DNA from: Candidatus Latescibacterota bacterium
Lineage (GTDB): Bacteria; Latescibacterota; UBA2968; UBA8231
Direction of reading: 5' to 3'
Assembly (NCBI GenBank): GCA_965206595.1
Contig: OZ242214.1
Location: 4,896,001 to 4,960,000 of the forward strand
Length of the DNA stretch: 64,000 nt
The notes beneath the pieces are model-generated. The model was not told the origin of the DNA. It searched no databases and saw nothing but the letters and a program-made list of their open reading frames with translations. Positions 1 through 9,032 of the stretch are shown here, piece by piece; positions within the stretch are counted from its first letter, which is position 1, and each line of letters opens with the position of its first letter. Both the position numbers and the translations under genes were made by a program.

Positions 1-113
1 CTAAGAGGAGACATCCCCAGGCGTCAAGCCCGTAGTCCCGTGGACGGCTTGGCCTGATCCCTGTTACCAATGGAACCGGTACCAGTAGAAAGGAATAGGA
101 GGGTCGACTAACC

Positions 114-1088
114 ATGCCCCACGTTTTCATGTCCTATTCGCACGTAGATGAAACCCTGCGAAACGAGCTGGAAAAGCACCTTTCCGGTCTTCGGCGACAG
201 GGGGTAATCACGACTTGGCACGACCGCAGGATCGGTCCCGGAGAAGATCTTCACGGTCAGATCAGCGTCCAGCTCAACACCGCGAACATCATTTTGCTCC
301 TGGTCAGCGCGGACTTTCTCAACTCCGACTATTGCTATGACGTCGAGTTGATTCGGGCAATGGAACGCCACGAACAAGGCGATGCGCGCATTTTACCGGT
401 AATCCTACGACCGTGTGATTGGCATGGGGCGCCGTTCGGCAAGTTGAGGGCTGTGCCCGCTGACGGAAAACCTGTGGTCAAACACGCAACTTTGGACGAA
501 GGATTCCTCGAGGTTGCCCAAGCAATTCGCGAAGTGGCAGGCGAAACCAGCCGGATTACCGCCCCAAGCGCTTCGAAGCCCGTCTCGGATGGTGAAGGTA
601 TAGCACCCCGGGATCCCCGTTCGAGCAACCTCAGAGTAAGGAGGGATTTCGCCGACCATGACCGCTACGCTTTTCTCCGCGGCGCCTTCGAGTACATTTC
701 CCGCTTTTTTGAGAACTCTTTGAGCGAGCTCCAAGAGCGAAACGAACAAGTGGAATCCGATTTCCGAAAGATTGATGCCAACAGGTTCGAGGCAAAAGCT
801 TTTGTTGGTGGTGAAGAGCAGGGCTTTTGCGATATCTGGCTCGGCGGGTTATCGCGCACGGAGGGTCTGTTTTTCTCATTCGGTGGAATGGGCAACGGCA
901 GCTATAATGAGTCTATGTCGGTGGATGACGATGGCTACACGTTGTTCCTAAAGCCACTGGGAATGGCCCGCCTAGGCCAACAACATGACGATGAACTCAC
1001 CATGGAGGGCGCTGCCGAATATTTCTGGGACCTATTTGTAGAAAGACTAAAGGTAGAGCACGTGAGGAGATACCTGGGGAAGCGTTGA
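114..1088 (+). CDS. TIR domain-containing protein (TIR_2 plus uncharacterised C-terminal domain), possible defence protein
   Basis: N-terminus HVFMSYSHVDE...WHDRRIGPG...ILLLVSADFLNSDYCYDVEL...ILPVILRPCDW is a typical bacterial TIR and keeps the candidate catalytic Glu. SD-like AGGAGG lies upstream. Confidence 0.9.
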   Translation: MPHVFMSYSHVDETLRNELEKHLSGLRRQGVITTWHDRRIGPGEDLHGQISVQLNTANIILLLVSADFLNSDYCYDVELIRAMERHEQGDARILPVILRPCDWHGAPFGKLRAVPADGKPVVKHATLDEGFLEVAQAIREVAGETSRITAPSASKPVSDGEGIAPRDPRSSNLRVRRDFADHDRYAFLRGAFEYISRFFENSLSELQERNEQVESDFRKIDANRFEAKAFVGGEEQGFCDIWLGGLSRTEGLFFSFGGMGNGSYNESMSVDDDGYTLFLKPLGMARLGQQHDDELTMEGAAEYFWDLFVERLKVEHVRRYLGKR

Positions 1089-1282
1089 TTTCCTCGTCTG
1101 CTTCCTTGAGGAGCAGATCGGCGGTCGAGCCGGCTTGCCAAGCAATCAAACCAATCCTCAAGGACCTATGGAGACTCCGGCATCCTTCTGCGGTCCTGTT
1201 CCAGCCAGACCTGTGGATCTTCGGTTAGTGCCAGATCTGGGTGGTCACCCCGAAGACGGTAAGGCCAAAATGAACCGCGGCG

Positions 1283-1590
1283 CCCGGTCCGAGGGCCCTG
1301 TTGTCTGTTGGGCCCTTCCGACTGCCGGATTCCTCCCAATTCACGACCATCATCATCCGCCTCGCTCCCGCCCAATAACGCCCGGGCATTCCTCTACACC
1401 GTAACGGAACGGAACGACGTCACCTATTTTTTCGCTACCATCTGGAGGTCTTAACGGCTCTCTGCAGGCCCCACCGACTGCTCGAACTGGCCAAGCCGGG
1501 CTGCTGGACGCCCGCAAAATCAGGAATCAGTGGTACTTCAACCCCGTTGAGGATTGGAAGGCCGCCTTTCCGGGACCCGTGGAAGCGTAG
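1283..1590 (+). pseudogene. Degraded Fic-family protein remnant (C-terminal part)
   Basis: Joining frames by hand gives FLPI/TIIIRLAPAQ/ARAFLYTVTERNDVTYF/RYHLEV...LLELAK/GLLDARKIRNQWYFNP. This resembles the post-catalytic region and C-terminal HTH of Fic proteins. Several frameshifts are present. Confidence 0.55.
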
Positions 1591-1599
1591 GAGAGTGAG

Positions 1600-1810
1600 G
1601 CGGGGCGGGGGACCAGATCCATCATGTCGGTCCAGAGTTGGGGTAGACGTAGCAGTTCGACAGCGGCGGCCCCCCCGGGGTGGGTGATCAGCCTGACGTC
1701 GTGGTTCTCCGCGGCCGGGGCCAGGGCCCACAGGATTTCCATGGACCGCTGCCAGTGATCCTCGATGGAGACCCAGGGCTCGGCGACGAAATGGGTCCGC
1801 ACGGCCCAAA
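1600..1810 (-). pseudogene. Possible fragment of a mannonate dehydratase (UxuA)-like or sugar isomerase gene
   Basis: SIEDHWQRSMEILWALAPAAENHDVRLITHP resembles the 'EELWERL..FL..VVPVAEEAGVRLALHP' segment. No complete gene is present. Confidence 0.3.
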
Positions 1811-2012
1811 ATACCCAAAACGGCTTCACAAACGTCATACTTAGAGGAAGAGAATTCCCTGCGAGTACCGGCAGCACTCAAGTGTGTTCAATGACAGGGG
1901 GCCACCCGCGCTCGCATATTCCCCCAGTGGGCGAAAGCCTTCGGTATCTGTCACCGCCTGAAGGAATTTCGTAGACTGCTGGTCAAACCTGCCTGACTAC
2001 CTGCACGCAACC

Positions 2013-3341
2013 ATGCCGATCGAGGTTTTTTCCAACACTGCCCGTTCCCGGGAGAGCCAGAACAAGCTGCGGCCGGAAGACAAGGCGATCCACGAATGGT
2101 ACCGGTTCGTTCTGTCGTTCCCGCCGCACTTGGTTCAGGACTATGTAGACCGTTTCGGCGTCGCTGCCGCGGACACGGTTCTCGACCCCTTCTGTGGAAC
2201 GGGCACGACATTGGTCGAGTGCAAGAAACTCGGTATCGGCAGCGTCGGCATCGAGTCGACCCCGATGCCCCATTTCGCGAGCTCCGTGAAGGTCGATTGG
2301 TCGGTCGAATCCACAGAACTCCAGGACTATTCCCGGGAGGTTGTGTCGTCTGCGAGAAGGACTCTGAAGCAGCAGGGGATCGACGAATGGGACGATACTC
2401 CTCTATTTGCTGCGAAGAAAAGCCGCCGCTCTTCGCTGCGAGGACTTCCTCCGGAACAGTCGAAACTGTTGCTGAAGGACTCGATCAGCCCGTTGCCACT
2501 GCACAAGACGCTGGTACTACTGGACTCCATCGACCGGCACGGAAACAGCCGGGTGCAGCAATACGGACGACTCGCGCTCGCGAACGCGCTGGTTCACCGT
2601 ATCGGCAACCTGAAGTTCGGCCCGGAAGTGGGAGTGGGTCAGATCAAGAAGGACGCTCCGGTTTCGGAGGCCTGGCTCGACAGCATACGGACCATGATCC
2701 ATGACCTTCGTCTAAACAAAGACCAGGCTGACGTGCCTGCGCGGGTTATCAAGGCAGACTCCCGGGGAGCCGGCCAAGTCCTGAGACCTCAGTCCATAGA
2801 TGCCGTAATTACCTCCCCGCCGTACCCGAACGAGAAGGACTACACCCGTACCACCCGCCTGGAATCCGTCATCTTGGGACTCATAAGTGACAAAAAGGAA
2901 TTGCGGTCTCTGAAACAAACCCTGATCAGGTCCAATACCAGGGGGGTGTATAAATCCGACACGGATGATCGCGAGGTTGCCGACAACGTCGAGATACGGA
3001 ATATCGCCGACGCCATCGAAAGACGCCGTATTGAGCTGGGCAAGACATCTGGATTCGAGCGTCTGTACCCGCGGGTAACCCAGCTGTACTTCGGCGGAAT
3101 GGCACGGCATCTTTCCTCCCTCAGACCAGTCCTCAGGCCGGGGGCAAAGCTCGCCTACGTGGTGGGTGACCAGGCTTCCTATTTGAGAGTAATGATCCGC
3201 ACTGGACAGCTGCTTGCGGATCTCGCCCGATCCCTGAACTACAAAGTCACCGGCATCGACCTGTTTCGGACCAGACCCTCAACGGTTACGGGCGATCAGC
3301 TTCGAGAAGAGGTCATTCTCCTGGAATGGCAGGGCAACTGA
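2013..3341 (+). CDS. DNA amino-methyltransferase (probably N4-cytosine) of a type II RM system
   Basis: Motif I VLDPFCGTGTT and motif IV ITSPPY. The gene is followed directly by a nuclease-like gene. Confidence 0.9.
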   Translation: MPIEVFSNTARSRESQNKLRPEDKAIHEWYRFVLSFPPHLVQDYVDRFGVAAADTVLDPFCGTGTTLVECKKLGIGSVGIESTPMPHFASSVKVDWSVESTELQDYSREVVSSARRTLKQQGIDEWDDTPLFAAKKSRRSSLRGLPPEQSKLLLKDSISPLPLHKTLVLLDSIDRHGNSRVQQYGRLALANALVHRIGNLKFGPEVGVGQIKKDAPVSEAWLDSIRTMIHDLRLNKDQADVPARVIKADSRGAGQVLRPQSIDAVITSPPYPNEKDYTRTTRLESVILGLISDKKELRSLKQTLIRSNTRGVYKSDTDDREVADNVEIRNIADAIERRRIELGKTSGFERLYPRVTQLYFGGMARHLSSLRPVLRPGAKLAYVVGDQASYLRVMIRTGQLLADLARSLNYKVTGIDLFRTRPSTVTGDQLREEVILLEWQGN

Positions 3342-3357
3342 CCGAGAGGGGGGAATC

Positions 3358-4161
3358 ATTCCTTCTAAGAATCTCTATACAGCTATCATCGAGGCGATTT
3401 TCCACGCCAAGTATGAAAGCGGACAACGGGAGGTGAACTTCGAACGAGAGGAGATTTCCGAGTTCGCTTCCAATTTGAATATCCGCCTGCCCAAGAACTT
3501 GGGCGATGTGATCTACAGTTTCCGGTACAGAACGGATCTCCCTTCCAGCATTCTGGAAAAAGCACCTTCCGGAGAAACCTGGATCATCCGCCCGGCTGGG
3601 AGGAGCAAATACCGCTTTGCCCTTGTCAGCGACCGACCCCTTGCTCCCAACCGAAACTACGCGTCTACGAAAATACCCGACTCGACTCCGGGAATAATCG
3701 CCAAGTACGCATTCAGCGACGAACAGGCCGTGTTGGCCCGCGTTCGCTACAATCGGCTGATCGACATTTTCCTCGGAATCGCCTGTTACTCCCTTCAAAA
3801 TCATTTGCGGACGACGGTCCGCGGTATTGGACAGGTAGAAACGGACGAGATTTACGTCGGCCTAGATAAGAGCGGATCTCACTACGTGGTGCCTGTTCAG
3901 GCCAAGGGTGGAAACGACAGTCTCAACAGAGTACAAATCGAGCAGGACATTGCCCTTTGTGAGAACAAGCTGCCGTCTCTGATCTGCCGGCCCGTAGGAA
4001 CCCAGCTAATGCAGGATGACCTGATCGCGCTCTTCGAGTTCGAGCAGGAAGGCGAGGATGTAAAGGTGATATCGGAGAAGCACTACCAGTTGGTGCCGCC
4101 CGATGCCGTCAGCTTGGAGGACTTGGAAAAGTACCGGAAGCGATTGTCCGACGGGATGTAA
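3358..4161 (+). CDS. Putative type II restriction endonuclease (PD-(D/E)xK-like)
   Basis: QVETDEIYVG...VVPVQAKGG nuclease-like motif, adjacent to the MTase. The frame is open upstream of the called GTG at 3433; a start at ATT 3358 after GAGAGGGGG is inferred. Confidence 0.7.
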   Translation: MPSKNLYTAIIEAIFHAKYESGQREVNFEREEISEFASNLNIRLPKNLGDVIYSFRYRTDLPSSILEKAPSGETWIIRPAGRSKYRFALVSDRPLAPNRNYASTKIPDSTPGIIAKYAFSDEQAVLARVRYNRLIDIFLGIACYSLQNHLRTTVRGIGQVETDEIYVGLDKSGSHYVVPVQAKGGNDSLNRVQIEQDIALCENKLPSLICRPVGTQLMQDDLIALFEFEQEGEDVKVISEKHYQLVPPDAVSLEDLEKYRKRLSDGM

Positions 4162-4226
4162 TCGAGCGCCTTTGCAGGCGAGGATCGCGACCGTCAGGGA
4201 GGGCAGCGCCGGACCGCCGGGTCCAC

Positions 4227-4625
4227 CTACGGCTGACCCGCGGTCAGGGCGCGCGCGGCAACCATTCCGGCGGAGGTGGCCAGCAGGCAGCCGCCGACGC
4301 TCAAGCCGATGTTGGCGAGCAAGGCCGGCCAGCGGTCTTCGTTCCACAGCTGGACAGATTCGTAGCTGAACGCCGAAAACGTGGTGAAGGCGCCGAGAAA
4401 GCCGGCCATCACCAGCAACCTCACCGCGGCCCCGGCGAGCAACCGGTCGGCCAGCCCGGCCGCCAGGAAGCCGATCGCCAGCGACCCGATAACATTCACC
4501 GCCAGGGTGCCGTAGGGGAACTGTCCTGCGTGGGCGCCGATCCATCCGCTCAGGAGAAACCTCCCGGCGGCGCCAAAGAACCCGCCGACGCCGACCAGCG
4601 CCCCGTCCCGCAACAACTCGCTCAT
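4227..4625 (-). CDS. crcB: Fluoride efflux channel CrcB/Fluc
   Basis: GGFFGAAGRF, FPYGTLAVNVIGS and GFLGAFTTFSAFSYE signature motifs. Confidence 0.95.
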   Translation of the reverse strand: MSELLRDGALVGVGGFFGAAGRFLLSGWIGAHAGQFPYGTLAVNVIGSLAIGFLAAGLADRLLAGAAVRLLVMAGFLGAFTTFSAFSYESVQLWNEDRWPALLANIGLSVGGCLLATSAGMVAARALTAGQP

Positions 4626-5039
4626 CCGTGGCCCCCACTCGTCACCAGATTGGCCAACCCCATCAGCAACCTCTCATGTTCGTGTACCCTGGTTCCGTCT
4701 TCCGGCGTGTGATGCCAGCCCGGCGAGCGTCGCCCTGACACACCGGTCGGGAGCCGTCTACCGGCTGTCGACCCGAATACACCGATTTTCGGCTCGCATC
4801 CTTACTACATTTAGAACGGAATAGCAATTGATTAGCGGCCCGCTTCGCGGATGCGCAATTGGAATCGGGGAACCGTTTCGGATTCGGCCGGCCGGCAACC
4901 GTATCAGGCGGTAACGCGGATCCCCGTCATTGCAGGAACCACCCCATCCTATTGGCGCGTCCCTTCCAAGACGCAATCATTGTGCCCCTTGGTTCGTTAA
5001 AGAGGCAAGTCCCATCACCCATCAACAAGGAGAAAGACC

Positions 5040-5444
5040 GTGCGCATCGCCATCGCCCTCAGCCTCGCCATCCTCCTCACCACCTCTGCTCACTCCGCCG
5101 ACGACCCTGCCATCCCGAAAGAGGACAAGGCGGTGGTGCAGAAGGCCATGCAGGAGCACATCGCCGCGAATCGCGTCGGTGAGCAGTATATCATCTATGA
5201 TGGAGTCTCAGGGGAGCTCCTGCGCCTCAGTTTCGTCGAGCTCCATGCCGGTGTCGTCCGCAAGGGGGAGTTCTACGTGAGCTGCGCCGACTTCACCGCC
5301 GCCGATAGCACCAGGATCGACGTCGACTTCCTCGTCGCCGGCGACAAGGACGACCTGCGGGTTCTCGACGCCATCGTCCACAAGGTCGGCGACACCAAGC
5401 GTCCCTACCGCGTCGAAGACATGCCGGACGAATCGAAGGATTGA
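5040..5444 (+). CDS. Secreted hypothetical protein
   Basis: AAGGAG SD, signal peptide MRIAIALSLAILLTTSAHS, and strong GC3 codon bias. Confidence 0.75.
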   Translation: MRIAIALSLAILLTTSAHSADDPAIPKEDKAVVQKAMQEHIAANRVGEQYIIYDGVSGELLRLSFVELHAGVVRKGEFYVSCADFTAADSTRIDVDFLVAGDKDDLRVLDAIVHKVGDTKRPYRVEDMPDESKD

Positions 5445-5449
5445 GGGAG

Positions 5450-5587
5450 CTGATCCAGGCTGGATACGGCTATGCACCCGGCCCGACGGAGGATCTGCAC
5501 CTGGACCGGGTCGATCTGACACAAGCCCTGTCGCGCCTGCGGCCCGAGGAACGCGAGGCGATCCAGCTGCAGGCTCCCGTCAACTGA
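5450..5587 (+). pseudogene. Possible ECF sigma factor region-4 fragment
   Basis: Short frame DRVDLTQALSRLRPEEREAIQL with no start codon. Confidence 0.3.
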
Positions 5588-5697
5588 GACCACCTCATCA
5601 TCGAGACCCGTGCCGGTATCGGCCTGCCCCGTCGGATTGATTCTGTCGGGCGATTTGTTATCATTACGACATGATGTGATAACATGGAGCCACTGGA

Positions 5698-5949
5698 ATG
5701 GTTCGAACACAGATTCAGTTGACCGACGAACAGGCGCGGCACGTCAAGCGGATCGCCGCCGAGCGGCAGGTTTCGATGGCGACGGTGATTCGCCAGGGGG
5801 TCGATCTCCTGCTGCGTTCGACGGAGACAGCCCCAACCGATGACGAGCGCATCGAACGTGCGCTATCGGTGGCAGGCCAATTCCGATCCGGCGGCGGCGA
5901 TGGGGCCGCGCAACATGACCTCCACCTGCAGGGTGCCTACCGCAGGTGA
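5698..5949 (+). CDS. CopG/ribbon-helix-helix antitoxin (VapB-like)
   Basis: MVRTQIQLTDEQ...VSMATVIRQGVD RHH pattern. Overlaps the PIN gene (GTGA). Confidence 0.88.
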   Translation: MVRTQIQLTDEQARHVKRIAAERQVSMATVIRQGVDLLLRSTETAPTDDERIERALSVAGQFRSGGGDGAAQHDLHLQGAYRR

Positions 5950-6380
5950 GTGTCCTCGTAGATACCTCCGCGCTTTACGCCGTTCTCGATGCCGACGACG
6001 ATCAGCATCCGCGGGCAATCGCTGAATGGCACCGCCTCGTGCGCGGCGCATTCTCCCTCGTGACGACCAGCTATATCCTCGTGGAGACGACGGCCCTCAT
6101 CCAGCACCGGCTTGGGATGGATGCCGTTCGCGCGCTCGATCAGGACATCAGACCCGTCCTGCGGGTCGAGTGGATTGACGAAGGTCTGCACTCCATCGGG
6201 ATGGCCTCCATGCTCGCCGCCGGTCGCAGACGCCTGAGCCTCGTTGACTGCGTCAGTTTTGCTTTCATGTCCCGTGCAGGGCTGCGGGAAGTTTTTGCCT
6301 TCGACGAGCACTTCGCCGAACGGGGCTTCTCGTGCATCCCATCGGACGCTTCCACGACGATCGAGGCTCCCGATCCGTAA
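5946..6380 (+). CDS. vapC: PIN-domain toxin (VapC family)
   Basis: VLVDTSALYA...ILVET...SLVDCVSF...FAFDEHF PIN motifs. Confidence 0.92.
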   Translation: MSVLVDTSALYAVLDADDDQHPRAIAEWHRLVRGAFSLVTTSYILVETTALIQHRLGMDAVRALDQDIRPVLRVEWIDEGLHSIGMASMLAAGRRRLSLVDCVSFAFMSRAGLREVFAFDEHFAERGFSCIPSDASTTIEAPDP

Positions 6381-6381
6381 C

Positions 6382-6407
6382 AGGGGGGCGAGTCTGAGAC
6401 CCACCCT
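6382..6407. repeat. Degenerate REP-like palindrome between convergent genes
   Basis: GGGCGAGTCTGAGACCCACCC imperfect hairpin resembling GTAGGGGCGGGT..ACCCGCCC elements. Confidence 0.3.
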
Positions 6408-6464
6408 TGAGGAACACGGAGCTACCAACGCGAAGGCTGCGTGGGCATGCCAAAGCCCCCAAAG

Positions 6465-7682
6465 TCAGGCCAACCCGCCGACCAGACTCTGAACCGATGT
6501 TTCGAGTTCATGGGTTATCTGTTCTACCGTTTCCCTCCTCTGAGCACGGTAGGTGTCATAACATTCGCGGAGGTTTTCAGGTTCACCGACGCGGACCGAT
6601 GCCACCCGCGGTCCACGCATTTCCGACCTGCCGAATACTTCCCTTTCAAGACGGAGAATCACATCGAGAAACCGCTCCTGGGACGGCTCTTCGGCAACAT
6701 ACCCGTCAGTTATCGATATGAAATTGATCAACCGCTCCAGGTCGGGATAGAACTGTTGAAATTTCCGGAGCTGCTCTTCATGTATTTTCCGTTCGTACTC
6801 CGTCATCTGCTCAACTTCCCGATAGACTTGGGCATCCACCATGTTTTTCAACGCACGTGTCCTTGTGAGTATGTCGGCTTCAGTCCGGATATCCAAAATC
6901 CCTTCGGCACGTGACAGGATCGCATCTTTCAACCTTTCGATATGTACATCGAGGGCCACGGTTTCATCTATCTCGTACTGATATTCCGATGCGAGTGTCC
7001 TGAATACCGCGACACCGATGCGGCGCAACCGATCGTAGCGTTCCACCGGCGTCCGTTCGGCAGGCGGGAGAATATGCCGTTCCAACCTCGTGAGAGCGGC
7101 ATCGATGGAGTTCCACATGTCCCGCGGATAATGGTATTTGATGCCGACGGGAACAACGTAGAGCGGCTTTTCGACTTCCGCTTTTTCCATATCGTCCAAA
7201 GCCCAGAAGCACATCTGTACGATGCCTCTCTCAAAACGCATGACGGTGTCGTTCTGGCGCGAAATTTCCCCTTCTCCAAAGATGACAATCGGCCAGTCCC
7301 CCTTGAACAACAGCTTCCGCGTGGTCCGGAAGGCATCCCTGTCTACAGTGCCGCGCACGACCGAGTACACACCGACCCGTTGCAGCAGACAGCATCTGAC
7401 AGCCCCGAACCTTCCCTTTTCGAAGACTTCCCGAGCCGCCATGTAGTAGAACGGTTGCGATAACCGCTTCGACAGGAGAAACATGACCACGGGATCTTCG
7501 TGCGCCGGATGGTTGGGGGCCAGCACCGCGGAATGCCCATGTATCGCCTCCAACCGGGCAAGGGACTCCGCATCGATATCCAGCGTCAACCCTTTCAGAT
7601 ACCAGCGATTCGCAAGCGGTATCAGGGCTCGTAAAATTTGGCTCGTTGTCTTACTCGGTTGAGGTGGTTTGAAATCCAACAT
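6465..7682 (-). CDS. PlsC-family 1-acyl-sn-glycerol-3-phosphate acyltransferase
   Basis: NHPAHEDP (HxxxxD), YMAARE, IFGEGEIS and VPVGIKY acyltransferase blocks. Confidence 0.88.
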   Translation of the reverse strand: MLDFKPPQPSKTTSQILRALIPLANRWYLKGLTLDIDAESLARLEAIHGHSAVLAPNHPAHEDPVVMFLLSKRLSQPFYYMAAREVFEKGRFGAVRCCLLQRVGVYSVVRGTVDRDAFRTTRKLLFKGDWPIVIFGEGEISRQNDTVMRFERGIVQMCFWALDDMEKAEVEKPLYVVPVGIKYHYPRDMWNSIDAALTRLERHILPPAERTPVERYDRLRRIGVAVFRTLASEYQYEIDETVALDVHIERLKDAILSRAEGILDIRTEADILTRTRALKNMVDAQVYREVEQMTEYERKIHEEQLRKFQQFYPDLERLINFISITDGYVAEEPSQERFLDVILRLEREVFGRSEMRGPRVASVRVGEPENLRECYDTYRAQRRETVEQITHELETSVQSLVGGLA

Positions 7683-7811
7683 CCTGTCCTGTCTTTGCGT
7701 CAGACGGTGTGTTGCTACTTAGCGCTCGTCGCTGATGTCAAGGTAACCGGGGAGGGCCGGGTCGGTAGCCCGACGTCTTTCGGGCAGGTATTCTCCCGTC
7801 CGATATTCCCG

Positions 7812-8750
7812 CTATCCCCTGCGCGAAAGCCGCCAGACATCCGGCTCCATATTGTTTCCGGCCACCATCCACAGAGACCCCTCGAAGACGAACACGCTCC
7901 CCGCATGCCGGGGAGCCCAGGGAGTATCGGGCAATTCGGTCCAGTCCACGCCGTCGGGCGAATGCCACACATCGCGGCGATTCCCGCTCTCTGCCGCCCA
8001 GCCTTCGAGCACCCACATGCGGCCGTCGAACGCGGCCACCTCGTGGTATTGCCTTGGCGCCCAGGGAGCGTGCGTCACGTGCTGTTCCCAGTTCACCCCG
8101 TCTTCCGAACTCCACACATCGTTGTAGAACTTCCGGACAGGAGTCGCAGGCGTATCGTATGTGCCCCCGCCGAGAACCCACATCCTGTCGTCGTGCACGA
8201 CGGCCCCTCCGATCATCCCCCTGGGGGCCCACGGAGCGCCCTCGTTGACCAGGGTCCAGCTGATCCCATCTTCCGAACTCCACACGTCGTTGTGGAAAAC
8301 CTCATCAGCGCCGGCAAACTCAGGCATCGTCTGTCCGCCCATTACCCAGATCCGGCCCTCGAAGGCGGCGGTATAATGAAGCGCCCGGGGAGCCCACGGC
8401 ACGCGATCGTTCGCCAGCTCCCAATGAATGCCGTCGGCACTGCTCCAGACATCGTTCTGATAATGGCCTTGATTGCAGTCGCCGCCCACGATCCACATCC
8501 GGCCGTCATTCACCGCGTAACCTGCCGTATGCCTACCCTCCCAGGGCGCCTGAGGATTCTCCAGCGTCCAGGCGGCGCCGTCCGCCGACGACCAGACCTC
8601 GCTGTTGCAGATCAGGGGGAAATGGACTTTATCCCCGGGGTTCCATCCGCCCAGCAGCCACATCCTGTCCCTGAACACCAGCGCCCCAGCGCCATCTCGA
8701 GCCGCGAAGGCCCCTTTCTCAGCTACCAGGCGCCACTCGTATTTCGCCAT
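7812..8750 (-). CDS. Kelch-repeat beta-propeller protein
   Basis: Six repeats of RMWxxGG...NDVWSSxDGxxW...APWxPR. Confidence 0.9.
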   Translation of the reverse strand: MAKYEWRLVAEKGAFAARDGAGALVFRDRMWLLGGWNPGDKVHFPLICNSEVWSSADGAAWTLENPQAPWEGRHTAGYAVNDGRMWIVGGDCNQGHYQNDVWSSADGIHWELANDRVPWAPRALHYTAAFEGRIWVMGGQTMPEFAGADEVFHNDVWSSEDGISWTLVNEGAPWAPRGMIGGAVVHDDRMWVLGGGTYDTPATPVRKFYNDVWSSEDGVNWEQHVTHAPWAPRQYHEVAAFDGRMWVLEGWAAESGNRRDVWHSPDGVDWTELPDTPWAPRHAGSVFVFEGSLWMVAGNNMEPDVWRLSRRG

Positions 8751-9032
8751 TTGTTTTTCAAATTCCTGATTACAGATACATACTCAAACTTTCAACTTCA
8801 CGATTTTCTATAGAAAAGCCACGGACTCAAGATCTCGAAATCTCTTGATTCCAGGACACGTAACAATTTAAATTCTGGCGGATTTCTAACCCGTCTCTTT
8901 GTATCGGTATGCAAACGGTTGCCCAAACACATTGACCGTAACTCGAGGTTGTCGTCGTGCCTGCCACTTGCAGTATACGTGAGCCCTCCAGCGTGCGGGC
9001 CGCCCTGGCCCACCGGGGCGGCTCGCTTCCAA

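Noticed and set aside
114-1088. Calling the TIR gene Thoeris ThsB
   Set aside because: No ThsA-like (SIR2/Macro) gene is in the window, and the protein has an extra C-terminal domain.
4626-4760. Fluoride riboswitch upstream of crcB
   Set aside because: Only partial look-alikes (GGCGAC..TCGCC, GCTGATG) are present. I could not build the consensus pseudoknot; an Infernal search is needed.
4950-4968. Sigma-54 promoter-like TTGGCGCG-N4-TTCCA
   Set aside because: The -12 element lacks the conserved GC.
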